From Ornithinibacter sp. (lineage in GTDB: Bacteria > Actinomycetota > Actinomycetes > Actinomycetales > Dermatophilaceae): a DNA stretch of 64,000 nt. The stretch spans positions 9,694 to 73,693 of the forward strand of contig JAQSWG010000034.1 in assembly GCA_029266735.1 (NCBI GenBank), read 5' to 3'. A program made the translations under genes and the position numbers. Positions 8,654 through 18,511 of this stretch are shown one piece after another (position 1 is the first letter of the stretch; each line of letters starts with the position of its first letter). Under the pieces are notes generated by a model. That model saw only the letters and a list, made by a program, of their open reading frames with translations, did not search any database and was not told where the DNA came from.

Positions 8654-10513
8654 GTGGAGGATCGACGCTGGCCAGCCGGCCAGGTGCCGATCGCGGTGTG
8701 GGCCCCCGCGGCCACCCGGGTGGAGCTGGAGTGGGCACCGGTCGGTGGCCCGGCCCGGCGCGACCCGATGACCGCGGTCGGGAAGGGCTGGTGGTGCTGG
8801 GAATCCCAGGGGGCCGCGTCCGCCGCGGGGACGGCATACCCGATCGACTACGCGTTCGTGCTCGACGGGGACGAGCCAGCGCTTCCTGACCCTCGCGGCG
8901 CGTGGTTGCCGTACGGCGTCCACGGTCCGAGCCGGACGTTCGACGCAGGCGCCTTTCCCTGGAGCGACGGCGCGTGGCTCGGACCCCGTTCGGGTGCAGG
9001 CGTCCTCGGTGGCGTGTTCTACGAGCTGCACGTCGGCACCTTCACCGCGGAGGGCACCCTGGATGCCGCGCTGGGTCGGCTGGACCACCTCGTCGACCTG
9101 GGCGTCGACGTCGTCGAGCTCATGCCGGTGGCCGAGTTTCCCGGCCGGTGGAACTGGGGCTATGACGGCGTGGCTCTCTACGCCGTGGACGACGGCTACG
9201 GCGGCCCGCGGGCGTTGCAGCGCTTCGTCGACGCCTGCCACACCCGAGGGCTGGGAGTGTGCCTGGACGTCGTGCACAACCACCTCGGTGCCAGTGGCAA
9301 CTACCTCTCGCGGTTCGGGCCGTACTTCACCTCGGCGCACGAGACCCCGTGGGGCCCGGCCGTGAACCTCGACAACGAGGGGTCCGAGCAGGTGCGGGCC
9401 TTCCTCCTCGAGAACGCCGTGCGCTGGTTCCGCGACTTCCACCTCGACGCCCTGCGCCTCGACGCCGTTCATGAGCTGAAGGACGACTCGGGACGGCACT
9501 ACCTCGCCGAGCTCTCCGACGTCGTCGCCGGCCTGGCCCACGAGGTCGGCCGCCCCCTCGACCTCGTGGCCGAGAGCGACCTCAACGACCCGGTCATGGT
9601 GACCCCGACGAGCGAGGGTGGCCGCGGCATGACGGCGCAGTGGGACGACGACATCCACCATGCGCTGCACGTGTCACTGACGGGCGAGCGGCACGGGTAC
9701 TACGCGGACTTCGCCGGCGGTGGTGGGCGGGACGAGACCGGCCCGCTCGACGTGCTCGCCAAGGTGCTGACCCGCGGCTTCCTCCACGACGGCACGATGT
9801 CGACGTTCCGTGGCCGTCCGTGGGGGCGGCCGGTGGACGTGGACCGCCTCGACGCACGTCGGCTGCTCGGCTACCTGCAGACGCACGACCAGGTCGGCAA
9901 CCGGATGGCGGGTGACCGGATCACCGCGTCCCTCGCTCCGGGCCTGCAGGCCGCAGGTGCTGCGCTCTACCTGCTGGCTCCCACGACGCCGATGATCTTC
10001 ATGGGCGAGGAGTGGGCCGCGTCGACGCCGTGGCAGTTCTTCACGAGCTTCGAGGAGGAGGTGCTCGCGGATGCCGTCCGGCGCGGCCGGCGGGCCGAGT
10101 TCGGCTCGCACGGCTGGTCGGAGGACGAGGTGCCGGACCCGCAGGACCCGGCGACACGAGACCGCTCGGTGCTCGACTGGTCCGAGGTGGAGGAGCCGGC
10201 CCGGGCGCGGGCCCTCCGGTGGTACACCGCGTGCACGCGCCTGCGCCGCGACCTCCTCGCACCGGCGCCGACGCGCTTTGCCGATGTGTCCGTCGACGTC
10301 GACGAGGACGCTCGCTGGGTGGTGCTGGTCCACGCACCCGCCGACCGACCGGCATACGCCGTGGTGGCGAACCTCGCCGAGCGCGAGCAGGCGCTGCCCC
10401 TGGCCGCGGGTCCCGCTGAGCTGCTTCTCGCGTGGGAGGAGGACGGCACGGTCGCCGGCGACGGGGTCGTCATCCTGCCGCCGCACGCGGTGGCCGTCCT
10501 CCGCCTCCGCTGA
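8654..10513 (+). CDS. treZ: Malto-oligosyltrehalose trehalohydrolase
   Basis: YELHVGTFT, WGYDGV, LRLDAVH, THDQVGNR, FMGEEW. Confidence 0.95.
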   Translation: MEDRRWPAGQVPIAVWAPAATRVELEWAPVGGPARRDPMTAVGKGWWCWESQGAASAAGTAYPIDYAFVLDGDEPALPDPRGAWLPYGVHGPSRTFDAGAFPWSDGAWLGPRSGAGVLGGVFYELHVGTFTAEGTLDAALGRLDHLVDLGVDVVELMPVAEFPGRWNWGYDGVALYAVDDGYGGPRALQRFVDACHTRGLGVCLDVVHNHLGASGNYLSRFGPYFTSAHETPWGPAVNLDNEGSEQVRAFLLENAVRWFRDFHLDALRLDAVHELKDDSGRHYLAELSDVVAGLAHEVGRPLDLVAESDLNDPVMVTPTSEGGRGMTAQWDDDIHHALHVSLTGERHGYYADFAGGGGRDETGPLDVLAKVLTRGFLHDGTMSTFRGRPWGRPVDVDRLDARRLLGYLQTHDQVGNRMAGDRITASLAPGLQAAGAALYLLAPTTPMIFMGEEWAASTPWQFFTSFEEEVLADAVRRGRRAEFGSHGWSEDEVPDPQDPATRDRSVLDWSEVEEPARARALRWYTACTRLRRDLLAPAPTRFADVSVDVDEDARWVVLVHAPADRPAYAVVANLAEREQALPLAAGPAELLLAWEEDGTVAGDGVVILPPHAVAVLRLR

Positions 10514-11471
10514 CGCGGAGCATGCCCTCCTGGGCGACCGTCGCGACGAGGGTGCCCTCCTGCGTGAACATGCGGCCGATGCCCAGCCCGCGACCGCCCT
10601 GGGCGGACGGGGAGTGCTCGGCATAGAGGAGCCACTCGTCCGCACGGGCCGGGCGGTGGAACCACATCGCGTGGTCGAGGCTCGCGGCCCGCAGCCCGGG
10701 GGTCCGCCATGTCTTGCCGTGCCGACGCAGGATCGACTCGAGGAGCGTGTAGTCGGAGGCATAGGCCAACACGGCGTCGTGGACCAGCGGGTCGTCGGGG
10801 AGGTCGCCGATGGCCCGCATCCAGACCCGCTGGTCGGCGACGAGGTCGGTCGCCGGGGTGACGAAGAGGTTGCCCTCGACGTGGCGCTGCTCGATGGCCC
10901 GGTCCTCCGCCAGGTGGCGGGCGGCTGGGTGGTCCACGCCGGCGAAGACGTCGGCGAGGGACGGCACGGCGAGCGGGTCCGGTGCGTCGGGCACCGGGTC
11001 CTGGTGGTCGACACCACCGTCGGGCAGCTGGAAGGACGCGCTCATCGAGAGGATCGGCTTGCCGTGCTGGATCGCGTGCACCCGGCGCGTGGAGAAGGAC
11101 CTGCCGTCGCGCATCCGCTCGACGCTGAAGGTGATCGGCTGCGTGTCGTCGCCCGGGCGCATGAAGTACGCGTGCATCGAGTGCAACCGCCGGTCGGCGC
11201 CGTCCTCGAGCGCGAGAACGGTACGGCCGCACGCGATGACGCCCTGGGCGAGAACCTGACCGCCGAACACCCGTCCATGGGGCTGCTTCTGGCTCTGTCC
11301 GCGGAACAGCGTGATGTCCTCGGCGAACGTCTCGGGCAGCGGGACCCGCTCGTCGCCGGACAGCCCACCCGCGGTCGAGAGCGGCTGGACGCTCACCTGC
11401 GCCGAGCCCAGCTCTTCGAGGTCGAGAGTGGCCAGCAGGTCGAGGAGCGGGGCCGGCTGCGGGGTCGTCAC
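10470..11471 (-). CDS. tesB: Acyl-CoA thioesterase II
   Basis: GRVFGGQVLAQ, HSMHAYF, RDGRSFSTRRV, ASLDHAMWFH, QEGMLR. Confidence 0.9.
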   Translation of the reverse strand: MTTPQPAPLLDLLATLDLEELGSAQVSVQPLSTAGGLSGDERVPLPETFAEDITLFRGQSQKQPHGRVFGGQVLAQGVIACGRTVLALEDGADRRLHSMHAYFMRPGDDTQPITFSVERMRDGRSFSTRRVHAIQHGKPILSMSASFQLPDGGVDHQDPVPDAPDPLAVPSLADVFAGVDHPAARHLAEDRAIEQRHVEGNLFVTPATDLVADQRVWMRAIGDLPDDPLVHDAVLAYASDYTLLESILRRHGKTWRTPGLRAASLDHAMWFHRPARADEWLLYAEHSPSAQGGRGLGIGRMFTQEGTLVATVAQEGMLRVSGGGGRPPRAAAG

Positions 11472-11556
11472 CGGGGCAACGATAGCCAGCGGCGCCGAGC
11501 CTCCTGCGCCCGCCGCCTCTCCCGGGTGGATAGCGACCGCCGCGTCGCCCGCCGAG

Positions 11557-13038
11557 TCAGGCCACGAGCGGACGGCGCGTCCTGTCGCCCGTCCCGGGGG
11601 ACGGCGGCGGCCTCCGTGTGCCGGCGCGGCGCGACCCCGGGAGGCGGGTCGCCTCGACCGCCCGGGCGAACCGCTCGACGGCCTCGGTCATCACCTCGGG
11701 TGCGAGGACGTAGGGGAGCCGCACCCACCGCTCCAGCCCCCCGACCACGGCGAAGCGGGGCCCGGCCGCGACGAGGAGCTTCTCGTCCTCGGCGGCGACC
11801 GTGACGCCGGTGGCGTCGACGCCGTCGGGCAGCTCGCACCAGAGGGACAACCCGCCGCGTGGCACCTGGAAGCGGACGTCCGGAAGGCGCGCCCGGAGGG
11901 CCGTCACGAGCGCGTCGCGCGACGCGCGCAGGTCCTCGCGCCGCTCCGCGGTCAACCCGGGGGCGAGCCGCATCAGCTCGAGGAGGACGAGCTGCTCGAG
12001 CACGGGCGCGCCGAGGTCGGTCGTGACCCGAGCCTCGACGAGCGCGGGGAGGGCCGACCGGGGGGCGCGCACCCACCCGGTGCGCAGGCCACCCCAGTGC
12101 GACTTCGAGGAACTGCCCACGCTGATCGTCCGCGGGTCATGGACGCCGAACGGCAGCGGACGTGGACCCTCACCGAGGTCGATCTCGGCGATGGTCTCGT
12201 CGACGATCGGCAGCGTCCTCGCCGTCCGCAGTGCACGGGCGAGCTGGGCGCGCTGCTCGTCGCCCATGAGTGCGCCCGTGGGGTTGTGGAAGTCGGGGAT
12301 GAGGACCGCCGCCGTGGCCCCCGCCGCGCGCACCGTGCGCGCCGACTCGGGCACGTCCCACCCGTCGGGATCCATCCCGAGGGTCACGAGACGTGCCCCG
12401 CTCCGCCGGAGGGCGTCCACCGTGTTGGGGTACGTCGGGTTCTCGACGACGACCCGGTCGCCGTGGGCGAGCAGTGCTCGCAGGACGATGCCGATGCCCG
12501 CGACGGCTCCGGAGGTCACGAGGACCTCGTCCGGGCCCGTCGGCAGCCCCCGTGCGGTGTAGCGGTCGGCGATGACCTCTCGGAGCTCCGGCACGCCGAG
12601 GGTGAGGTAGCCGGCCCCCGCGAGGTGCGCCGGCAGCTGCCCCACCGCCCGCTCGTACGCCTCGACGACGCCGGCGGGGGCGCGGGTGGCGGCGCAGGTC
12701 AGGTCGATGACGTCCTCGGAGGCGTCGGCCGGGAAGAGCGAGCCCGTGCCGCGCCGCCGGCTCCCCGATGGGAGGGTCGCGACGGAGCCGGACCCCCGAC
12801 GCGAGGTGAGGTACCCGCTGTCCCGCAGCACGGCATACGCCCTCGTCACCGTGGTGCGGCTGACGTCGAGGGCCGCCGTGAGCTCGCGTTCGCTCGGCAG
12901 CCGGGCACCGACGGCGATGCGGCCGTCGGCGACGGCGACCCGGAGGGCGTCGGCCAGGGCGCGGTATGCCGGGCGGCCGGGCGAGAGCTCGCCGACGAGC
13001 CGGGCGGTGCGGGCGGCCGAGACGGGAGGCGTCGACAT
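11557..13038 (-). CDS. MocR/GntR family PLP-dependent regulator (YczR-like)
   Basis: N-terminal GntR HTH (LPSERELTAALDVSRTTV), aminotransferase-like domain (PDFHNPTG, SSSKSHWGGLRTGW); divergent from a YczE-like gene. Confidence 0.9.
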   Translation of the reverse strand: MSTPPVSAARTARLVGELSPGRPAYRALADALRVAVADGRIAVGARLPSERELTAALDVSRTTVTRAYAVLRDSGYLTSRRGSGSVATLPSGSRRRGTGSLFPADASEDVIDLTCAATRAPAGVVEAYERAVGQLPAHLAGAGYLTLGVPELREVIADRYTARGLPTGPDEVLVTSGAVAGIGIVLRALLAHGDRVVVENPTYPNTVDALRRSGARLVTLGMDPDGWDVPESARTVRAAGATAAVLIPDFHNPTGALMGDEQRAQLARALRTARTLPIVDETIAEIDLGEGPRPLPFGVHDPRTISVGSSSKSHWGGLRTGWVRAPRSALPALVEARVTTDLGAPVLEQLVLLELMRLAPGLTAERREDLRASRDALVTALRARLPDVRFQVPRGGLSLWCELPDGVDATGVTVAAEDEKLLVAAGPRFAVVGGLERWVRLPYVLAPEVMTEAVERFARAVEATRLPGSRRAGTRRPPPSPGTGDRTRRPLVA

Positions 13039-13082
13039 GTGGCCACTGTGTCAGAATTGGCCATCGAAACCAAGGCCACTTT
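13039..13082. promoter_or_regulatory. Three GGCCA repeats, candidate MocR/YczR binding sites
   Basis: GGCCA at 13041, 13059 and 13074 in the 62-bp divergent spacer. Confidence 0.5.
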
Positions 13083-13100
13083 CGGGCGAGGATGGCTTGC

Positions 13101-13847
13101 ATGACTCCGATCCAGGCGCTGCGCCGCGGGGCGGGCCGCCGCGTCGAGCTCGTCCCCATGAACCCCGTCGAGCAGCTGCGGGCCGGCCGGCTGGTGCACC
13201 GGGTGGCCCAGCTGCTCGTGGGGCTCGTCCTCTTCGGGGTCTCGATGGCCCTCCTGCTGCGCGCCCAGCTGGGCCTCGAGCCGTGGGGGGTCCTCCAGTA
13301 CGGCCTCATCCAGTACGTGCCGATGTCGTACGGGCTCATGAGCATCGCCGTGTCGTTCGTCGTCCTGCTCCTGTGGATCCCCCTCCGGCAGTGGCCCGGC
13401 CTGGGGACCGTCCTCAACGCCGTCGTCATCGGCGTGGCCATCGACGCGACGCTGGCCGTGGTGCCCGAGGTGCACGGGATCGGCTGGCGTGTGGTCGTCA
13501 TGCTCGCGGCCATCCTCGGCAACGGGGTCGCCGGAGCGATGTACATCGGCAGCCAGCTGGGTCCTGGACCGAGGGACGGACTGATGACCGGGCTCTCCCG
13601 CCGAACCGGGCGCTCGATCCGGCTCGTGCGGACCGCCCTCGAGGTCACCGTCGTCCTCCTGGGCTGGATGCTCGGCGGCATCGTAGGGATCGGCACGGTG
13701 CTCTACGCCCTGCTCATCGGTCCCGTCGTCCAGCTCTTCCTGCCCGTGCTCACGGTGCGCGTCCAGCCGCCGACGACGCGAGAGAGTGCCGTGACCACCC
13801 CGCCGACCGCTCCCCGGGCGGGCGACCCGGTGGCCGTGCGGGACTAA
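13101..13847 (+). CDS. YczE/YitT-like membrane protein
   Basis: LGLEPWGVL, PGLGTVLN, LGPGPRDGLMTGL, GIVGIGTV; alternative start ATG 13158. Confidence 0.85.
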   Translation: MTPIQALRRGAGRRVELVPMNPVEQLRAGRLVHRVAQLLVGLVLFGVSMALLLRAQLGLEPWGVLQYGLIQYVPMSYGLMSIAVSFVVLLLWIPLRQWPGLGTVLNAVVIGVAIDATLAVVPEVHGIGWRVVVMLAAILGNGVAGAMYIGSQLGPGPRDGLMTGLSRRTGRSIRLVRTALEVTVVLLGWMLGGIVGIGTVLYALLIGPVVQLFLPVLTVRVQPPTTRESAVTTPPTAPRAGDPVAVRD

Positions 13848-13856
13848 GGCCCGCCG

Positions 13857-16007
13857 TCAGCCGTCGACGGCGAGCGCGAACGGCAGGACGTCCGGCGCGC
13901 CGGCGCGGCGAAGGGCCCGGCCCGCGACCGTGAGGGTCCATCGAGACGACACGAGGTCGTCGACGAGGAGCACCGGCCCCCGGAGCTCGTCGAGGGCCGT
14001 CGCGAGGCCGGGACCGACGACGAGCCGCTCCCACACGCCGGCGAGACGGAACGCACTGTTGCCACCCGGCTCACCGGCTGGTCCGCCGTGTGCGAGGTCG
14101 AGGGCACCCAGGAGGGGGAGCCGGCCCACCTCGGCGAGACCGGCAGCGAGCGACCCGACCAGCACGGGCCGGGAGCGAGAGGGGACGAAGGCGACGGCAA
14201 CCGGCCGCCGGGCCCAACCCCATTCCGCGAGGACGGGCACACACGCACCGATCAGCTCGGGTGAGGCGGGCAGGTCGTCGCGAAGCAGCTCGCGCAGCCG
14301 GTGACCCCACCCCAGGTCCGAGAGCCGCGCGAGGGCCCGGCCGGTCAACAGAGCCTCCTCCGCTCCGATCCGCCCCTTCACCGGCACGCCGAGACGGTCC
14401 ATCCCCGTCGGCCACTGGACCCGCGGCTCGAGGTCGACGCCTGCCCGGGCGAGACGCTCGCGTGCCGCACCGACGACCCTGTCGGGCACCTGGGTCGAGT
14501 ACCACGGCCCGGCGCACCCGTCGCACCGCCCGCAGGCGGCGGCGGAGTCGTCGTCGAGGCACTCCTGGAGGAACGCCATCCGACAGGCATCGGTCCGCTC
14601 GTAGCCCAGCATGAGGTCCTGCTCGGCCGCTCTGGCCTGCGCGACGCGCTCGTAGCGCTCGGCGTCGTAGGTCCACGGCTGTCCCGTGGCGACCCAGCCG
14701 CCTGACACGCGCCGTACGGCGCCGTCGACGTCGAGCACCTTGAGGAGCAGCTCCAGCCGGGTGCGGCGCACGTCGACGGCCGTCTCCAGGGCAGCCGTCG
14801 ACAGGGGCCGGCCGGCCTCGGCGAGGGCACGGAGCACGGCATCCGCCTGCTCCTCCCGAGGCATGGACACCGAGGCGAAGTACGTCCAGATGTCCCGGTC
14901 CTCGGGACCGGGGAGGAGGAGCACGTCCGCCCGCTCGGTCGCGCGCCCCGCGCGGCCGACCTGCTGGTAGTACGCCACCGGTGAGCTGGGGGCGCCGAGG
15001 TGCACGACGAAGCCGAGGTCGGGCTTGTCGAAGCCCATCCCGAGCGCCGACGTCGCGACCAGCGCCTTGACCTCGTTGCGGCGCAGCGCCCCCTCCAGGC
15101 GCTCTCGGTCCGCGGGGTCCGTGCGGCCGGTGTACGACGCCACGGCGAGTCCGGCCTCGGAGAGCGCGGCGGCGACGTCCTCCGCGGCCGACACCGTCAG
15201 CGTGTAGACGATGCCGCTGCCCGGGAGCTCCGGGAGGTGCGCCACGAGCCAGCCGAGGCGCTGTTCCGGGGACATCGAGCGGAGGACACCGAGGCGCAGG
15301 GAGTCGCGCGCGAGCCCGCCCCGCACCGTGAGCACCGAACGGCCGCCGACGCCGAGCTGCTCGACGACGTCGGTGACGACGCGCGCGTTGGCCGTGGCCG
15401 TCGTCGCGAGCACCGGGGTGTCCTCCGGGAGGCCCGCGAGCAGGTCGCGGATGCGGCGGTAGTCCGGGCGGAAGTCGTGGCCCCAGTCGCTCACGCAGTG
15501 CGCCTCGTCGACGACGAGCAGCCCGCAGCGGCGCGCCAGGTCGGGCAGCTGCTCGTCCCGGAAGCGGGGGTTGTTGAGCCGCTCGGGGCTCACGAGGAGC
15601 ACGTCGACCGCGTCGGCGACGAGCGCGGCGCGCACCTCGTCCCAGTCCTGGGCGTTGGCCGAGTTCATGGTCACCGCCCGGATGCCGGCCCGCTCTGCGG
15701 CCGCGATCTGGTCGCGCATGAGCGCGAGCAGCGGACTGAGGATCACGGTCGGGCCCGCGCCCTGGGCACGGCGCAGCGCCGTCGCGACGAAGTAGACCGC
15801 GGACTTGCCCCACCCGGTGCGCTGGACGACGAGGACCCGGGAACGGTCGGCGACGAGGGCCGACACCGCCTCCAGCTGGCCCTCCCGGAAGTCGGCATCC
15901 TCCCGACCGACCAGCGCGCGCAGGGCCCTGCGCGCGTCGTCCGTGAGGTCGGCACTCGGCAGGGACGAGGCAGGCGGCAGGGTCACGGCATCCGTCGGGT
16001 TCGTCAT
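13857..16007 (-). CDS. RecQ-like ATP-dependent DNA helicase with C-terminal PRTase-like domain (RqlH type)
   Basis: QRTGWGKS, DEAHCVSDWGHDFRPDY, ATSALGMGFDKPD, QQVGRAGR, Cys cluster CRM...CGRCDGC, C-terminal LLVDDLV. Confidence 0.9.
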   Translation of the reverse strand: MTNPTDAVTLPPASSLPSADLTDDARRALRALVGREDADFREGQLEAVSALVADRSRVLVVQRTGWGKSAVYFVATALRRAQGAGPTVILSPLLALMRDQIAAAERAGIRAVTMNSANAQDWDEVRAALVADAVDVLLVSPERLNNPRFRDEQLPDLARRCGLLVVDEAHCVSDWGHDFRPDYRRIRDLLAGLPEDTPVLATTATANARVVTDVVEQLGVGGRSVLTVRGGLARDSLRLGVLRSMSPEQRLGWLVAHLPELPGSGIVYTLTVSAAEDVAAALSEAGLAVASYTGRTDPADRERLEGALRRNEVKALVATSALGMGFDKPDLGFVVHLGAPSSPVAYYQQVGRAGRATERADVLLLPGPEDRDIWTYFASVSMPREEQADAVLRALAEAGRPLSTAALETAVDVRRTRLELLLKVLDVDGAVRRVSGGWVATGQPWTYDAERYERVAQARAAEQDLMLGYERTDACRMAFLQECLDDDSAAACGRCDGCAGPWYSTQVPDRVVGAARERLARAGVDLEPRVQWPTGMDRLGVPVKGRIGAEEALLTGRALARLSDLGWGHRLRELLRDDLPASPELIGACVPVLAEWGWARRPVAVAFVPSRSRPVLVGSLAAGLAEVGRLPLLGALDLAHGGPAGEPGGNSAFRLAGVWERLVVGPGLATALDELRGPVLLVDDLVSSRWTLTVAGRALRRAGAPDVLPFALAVDG

Positions 16008-16242
16008 GGTTCGTCCACCGTATGCCGCGCCGCCGACGTCACCGTCGCACCGTCCACAGGGCGGGGTGAGCCGTCGAGCGCTGCTCCACCGACCCCCGGG
16101 CTCCGGTATCACTTCGCGGTCGGGTGGGTGCTTCGCGGACGTCGTGCGGGTTTCCGGACCCTCGGAACAGGGCACTGCGTGGACATCCGCTCGACCTGGC
16201 GGGCCGTGCCCGGGCCCGCACCGACCCACGGAGAGGACCGCC

Positions 16243-16572
16243 ATGGAGGCGACGCCCCTGCCCGCGCTCACCGACCACCTGCTGCAGGAGGCGCGCACGG
16301 ACTCCGCCCGCCGAGCCGCCCGGACGGTGTGCGGCGGCAGCGACCACACCCTCCGCCAGACCGTCATCGCCCTGGTCGCGGGTGCCGACATGTCGGAGCA
16401 CGAGAACCCCGGCGAGGCGACCCTCCAGGTGCTCGTCGGGCGCGTCCGGGTGCACTGGCGCGCCGGGTCCGGTGAGCTCGAGGCCGGAGACCACGCCGAG
16501 CTCCCGCAGGAGCGGCACTCCGTCATGGCCCTCCAGGACTCCGTCATCCTCCTCACCGCGGCGAACCTCTGA
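16243..16572 (+). CDS. Cupin domain protein
   Basis: MSEHENPGEATLQVLVGRV...RHSV; RBS GAGAGG. Confidence 0.8.
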   Translation: MEATPLPALTDHLLQEARTDSARRAARTVCGGSDHTLRQTVIALVAGADMSEHENPGEATLQVLVGRVRVHWRAGSGELEAGDHAELPQERHSVMALQDSVILLTAANL

Positions 16573-16621
16573 GGCGCGGCTGCGCGGGCAACCGACCTCT
16601 CGCCCCGACACCCGAGTGGGC

Positions 16622-17977
16622 TCAGGTCCATCCGCCCGGGTCGATGCCCCCCGGCAGGTCCGCGTCCGGGTCGTACGGCGTCCGCGTGAGCCGGAACGAG
16701 GCGACGTCCAGGTGCGAGACCGTCCCGTTGCCGCGGCGGACGACGCGCATCGGCTCACCGGCGAAGTAGCTGTCCAGCCCGACCCACTCGTCGGCGGCCA
16801 CCCGCCGGAACCGTGAGCCGCGGGCCGCTCCCGGCTCCCCGAGCACAAGGTGCTCGCCGTCGACGCGTGCGGTCTGGGTCGCCGCGCCCCAGTGCCACGT
16901 CCCGACGAGCTCGAGGAGCGACGGGTCACCGCCGGCGGTCCACGTCTCCGGCATCCGTGGCTCCCGCTCCGCGAGCCCACGGAGCAGATCGCGGGTGAGG
17001 TCCCCGGTCACCGGGCTCGCCGTCGTGTTGGTGAGCACGACGACGCCGTCCCCGCCCTCGAGGCGGACCGCGAGGAGGGCGAGGAAGCCCGGCATGGACC
17101 CCCCGTGCCCGGCGTACCGCACGCCCGCCTCGTTCCATACCGAGAAGCCGAGGCCGTGAGCGGCCACCCAGGGTTTTCCCGGCTCGTCCACGACGTGGTG
17201 CGGCTCGAGCATCTCGGCGAGGGTGTCGGCCGACAGCAACCCGGCCGTGTCACCGGCGAGGAACCTCGCCCACCGGGCGAGGTCGTCGAGGGTCGTCCAC
17301 AGCTGCCCCGCTGGGGCCATCGCCCCGGCATCGTGCTCCGGCTCACGCAGGAGGACGTCGGCGAAGGGGTGCACCGCGAGGCCGGGCGCCGCGTCACCGG
17401 TGGGGCGAAGCGTCGTCCGCCGCATCCCCAGCGGCTCCAACAGGTCCTTCTGGACCACGTCGAACCACCCACGGCCGTGGTGCACCTCGAGGAGGCGACC
17501 CAGGCCGGCATACCCGACGTTGGAGTAGTGGAACCGCCGACCGGCGCGGAACCGCGCTCCGACGGGCTGGGCGACGAGCGCCTCCCAGTCGCCGCCGGCG
17601 GTGCGCTCCCACCACGGGCCGGACGTCTCGGCCTGCACCCCGCCGGAGTGGGTGAGGAGCTGCTCGACAGTCGCCACCCCGAGCGGCGTGCCGGGCACGA
17701 GGTCCTCGAAGCGGTCGCTGAGGTCGAGCCGCCCCGCGTCACGCAGCCGGAGCACGGCGACGGCGACGAACGTCTTCGTGATGGACCCCATCCGGTACTG
17801 CGTGTCGGCGTCCGGGGGCGGGCCCCCGGCACGGCCGTCGACGGTCCCGGCGGCACCGCTCCAGACCAGTTGCCCATCGCGGACGAGACCGGCGACGACG
17901 GACGGCAGCCGCGCGTCGTGCTGGGCAGTGGCGAGGACGTGGTCGAGGTGCGCGGACGTCGTGGGCTGCAGCGGCAT
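16622..17977 (-). CDS. Serine hydrolase (beta-lactamase/AmpC family)
   Basis: SxxK (GSITKTF), YSN, LLTHSGG, GHGG. Confidence 0.9.
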   Translation of the reverse strand: MPLQPTTSAHLDHVLATAQHDARLPSVVAGLVRDGQLVWSGAAGTVDGRAGGPPPDADTQYRMGSITKTFVAVAVLRLRDAGRLDLSDRFEDLVPGTPLGVATVEQLLTHSGGVQAETSGPWWERTAGGDWEALVAQPVGARFRAGRRFHYSNVGYAGLGRLLEVHHGRGWFDVVQKDLLEPLGMRRTTLRPTGDAAPGLAVHPFADVLLREPEHDAGAMAPAGQLWTTLDDLARWARFLAGDTAGLLSADTLAEMLEPHHVVDEPGKPWVAAHGLGFSVWNEAGVRYAGHGGSMPGFLALLAVRLEGGDGVVVLTNTTASPVTGDLTRDLLRGLAEREPRMPETWTAGGDPSLLELVGTWHWGAATQTARVDGEHLVLGEPGAARGSRFRRVAADEWVGLDSYFAGEPMRVVRRGNGTVSHLDVASFRLTRTPYDPDADLPGGIDPGGWT

Positions 17978-18049
17978 CGAACCACCCTAGGTGTGAGGAG
18001 CGCCCGTCGGCGTGGGCGGTCCCTCGCGCCGGCTGGGAGGATGGGTGGC

Positions 18050-18511
18050 ATGCCCGACCTTCCCGCGCCCCAGCCGTACCGCGTCCAGGTGCCGCTGCGC
18101 TGGTCCGACATGGATGCGTACGGCCACGTCAACAACGTGCAGTACCTCCGGCTCCTCGAGGACGCCCGGGTCGTCGGCATCCGCGAGTGGTTCGAGGGCC
18201 GGGCGTCGATGGTCGACGAGGGGATCGTGGTGTCCCGGCACGCCATCGAGTACCGCGCCCCGCTGACCTACCGCCCGGCGCCCGTGGAGGTCGACATGTG
18301 GGTGACCACCGTGCACGGGGCGGGCTTCGACCTGGGGTACGTCGTCCGCGACCCCGAGGATGCCGGCGACCAGGTCTACGCCGTCGCGGAGACCGGGCTC
18401 GTCCTCTACGACTTCGCCAGCGGTCGGCCGCGCCGGCTCACACCCGAGGTGCGGGCGGGCCTGGCGGAGCACCAGGGGGACGCCGTGCGCTTCCGGTGGG
18501 CCGGACGGTGA
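18050..18511 (+). CDS. Acyl-CoA thioesterase (4HBT/hotdog family)
   Basis: LRWSDMDAYGHVNNVQY. Confidence 0.9.
   Translation: MPDLPAPQPYRVQVPLRWSDMDAYGHVNNVQYLRLLEDARVVGIREWFEGRASMVDEGIVVSRHAIEYRAPLTYRPAPVEVDMWVTTVHGAGFDLGYVVRDPEDAGDQVYAVAETGLVLYDFASGRPRRLTPEVRAGLAEHQGDAVRFRWAGR

Noticed and set aside
6479-9670. Very long antisense ORFs (also 3015-5012, 24581-26665, 35306-36991, 54570-57095)
   Set aside because: Shadow frames of real genes in GC-rich DNA; no recognisable motifs
16622-17977. Calling the serine hydrolase a beta-lactamase
   Set aside because: No signal peptide; the family includes many esterases and peptidases
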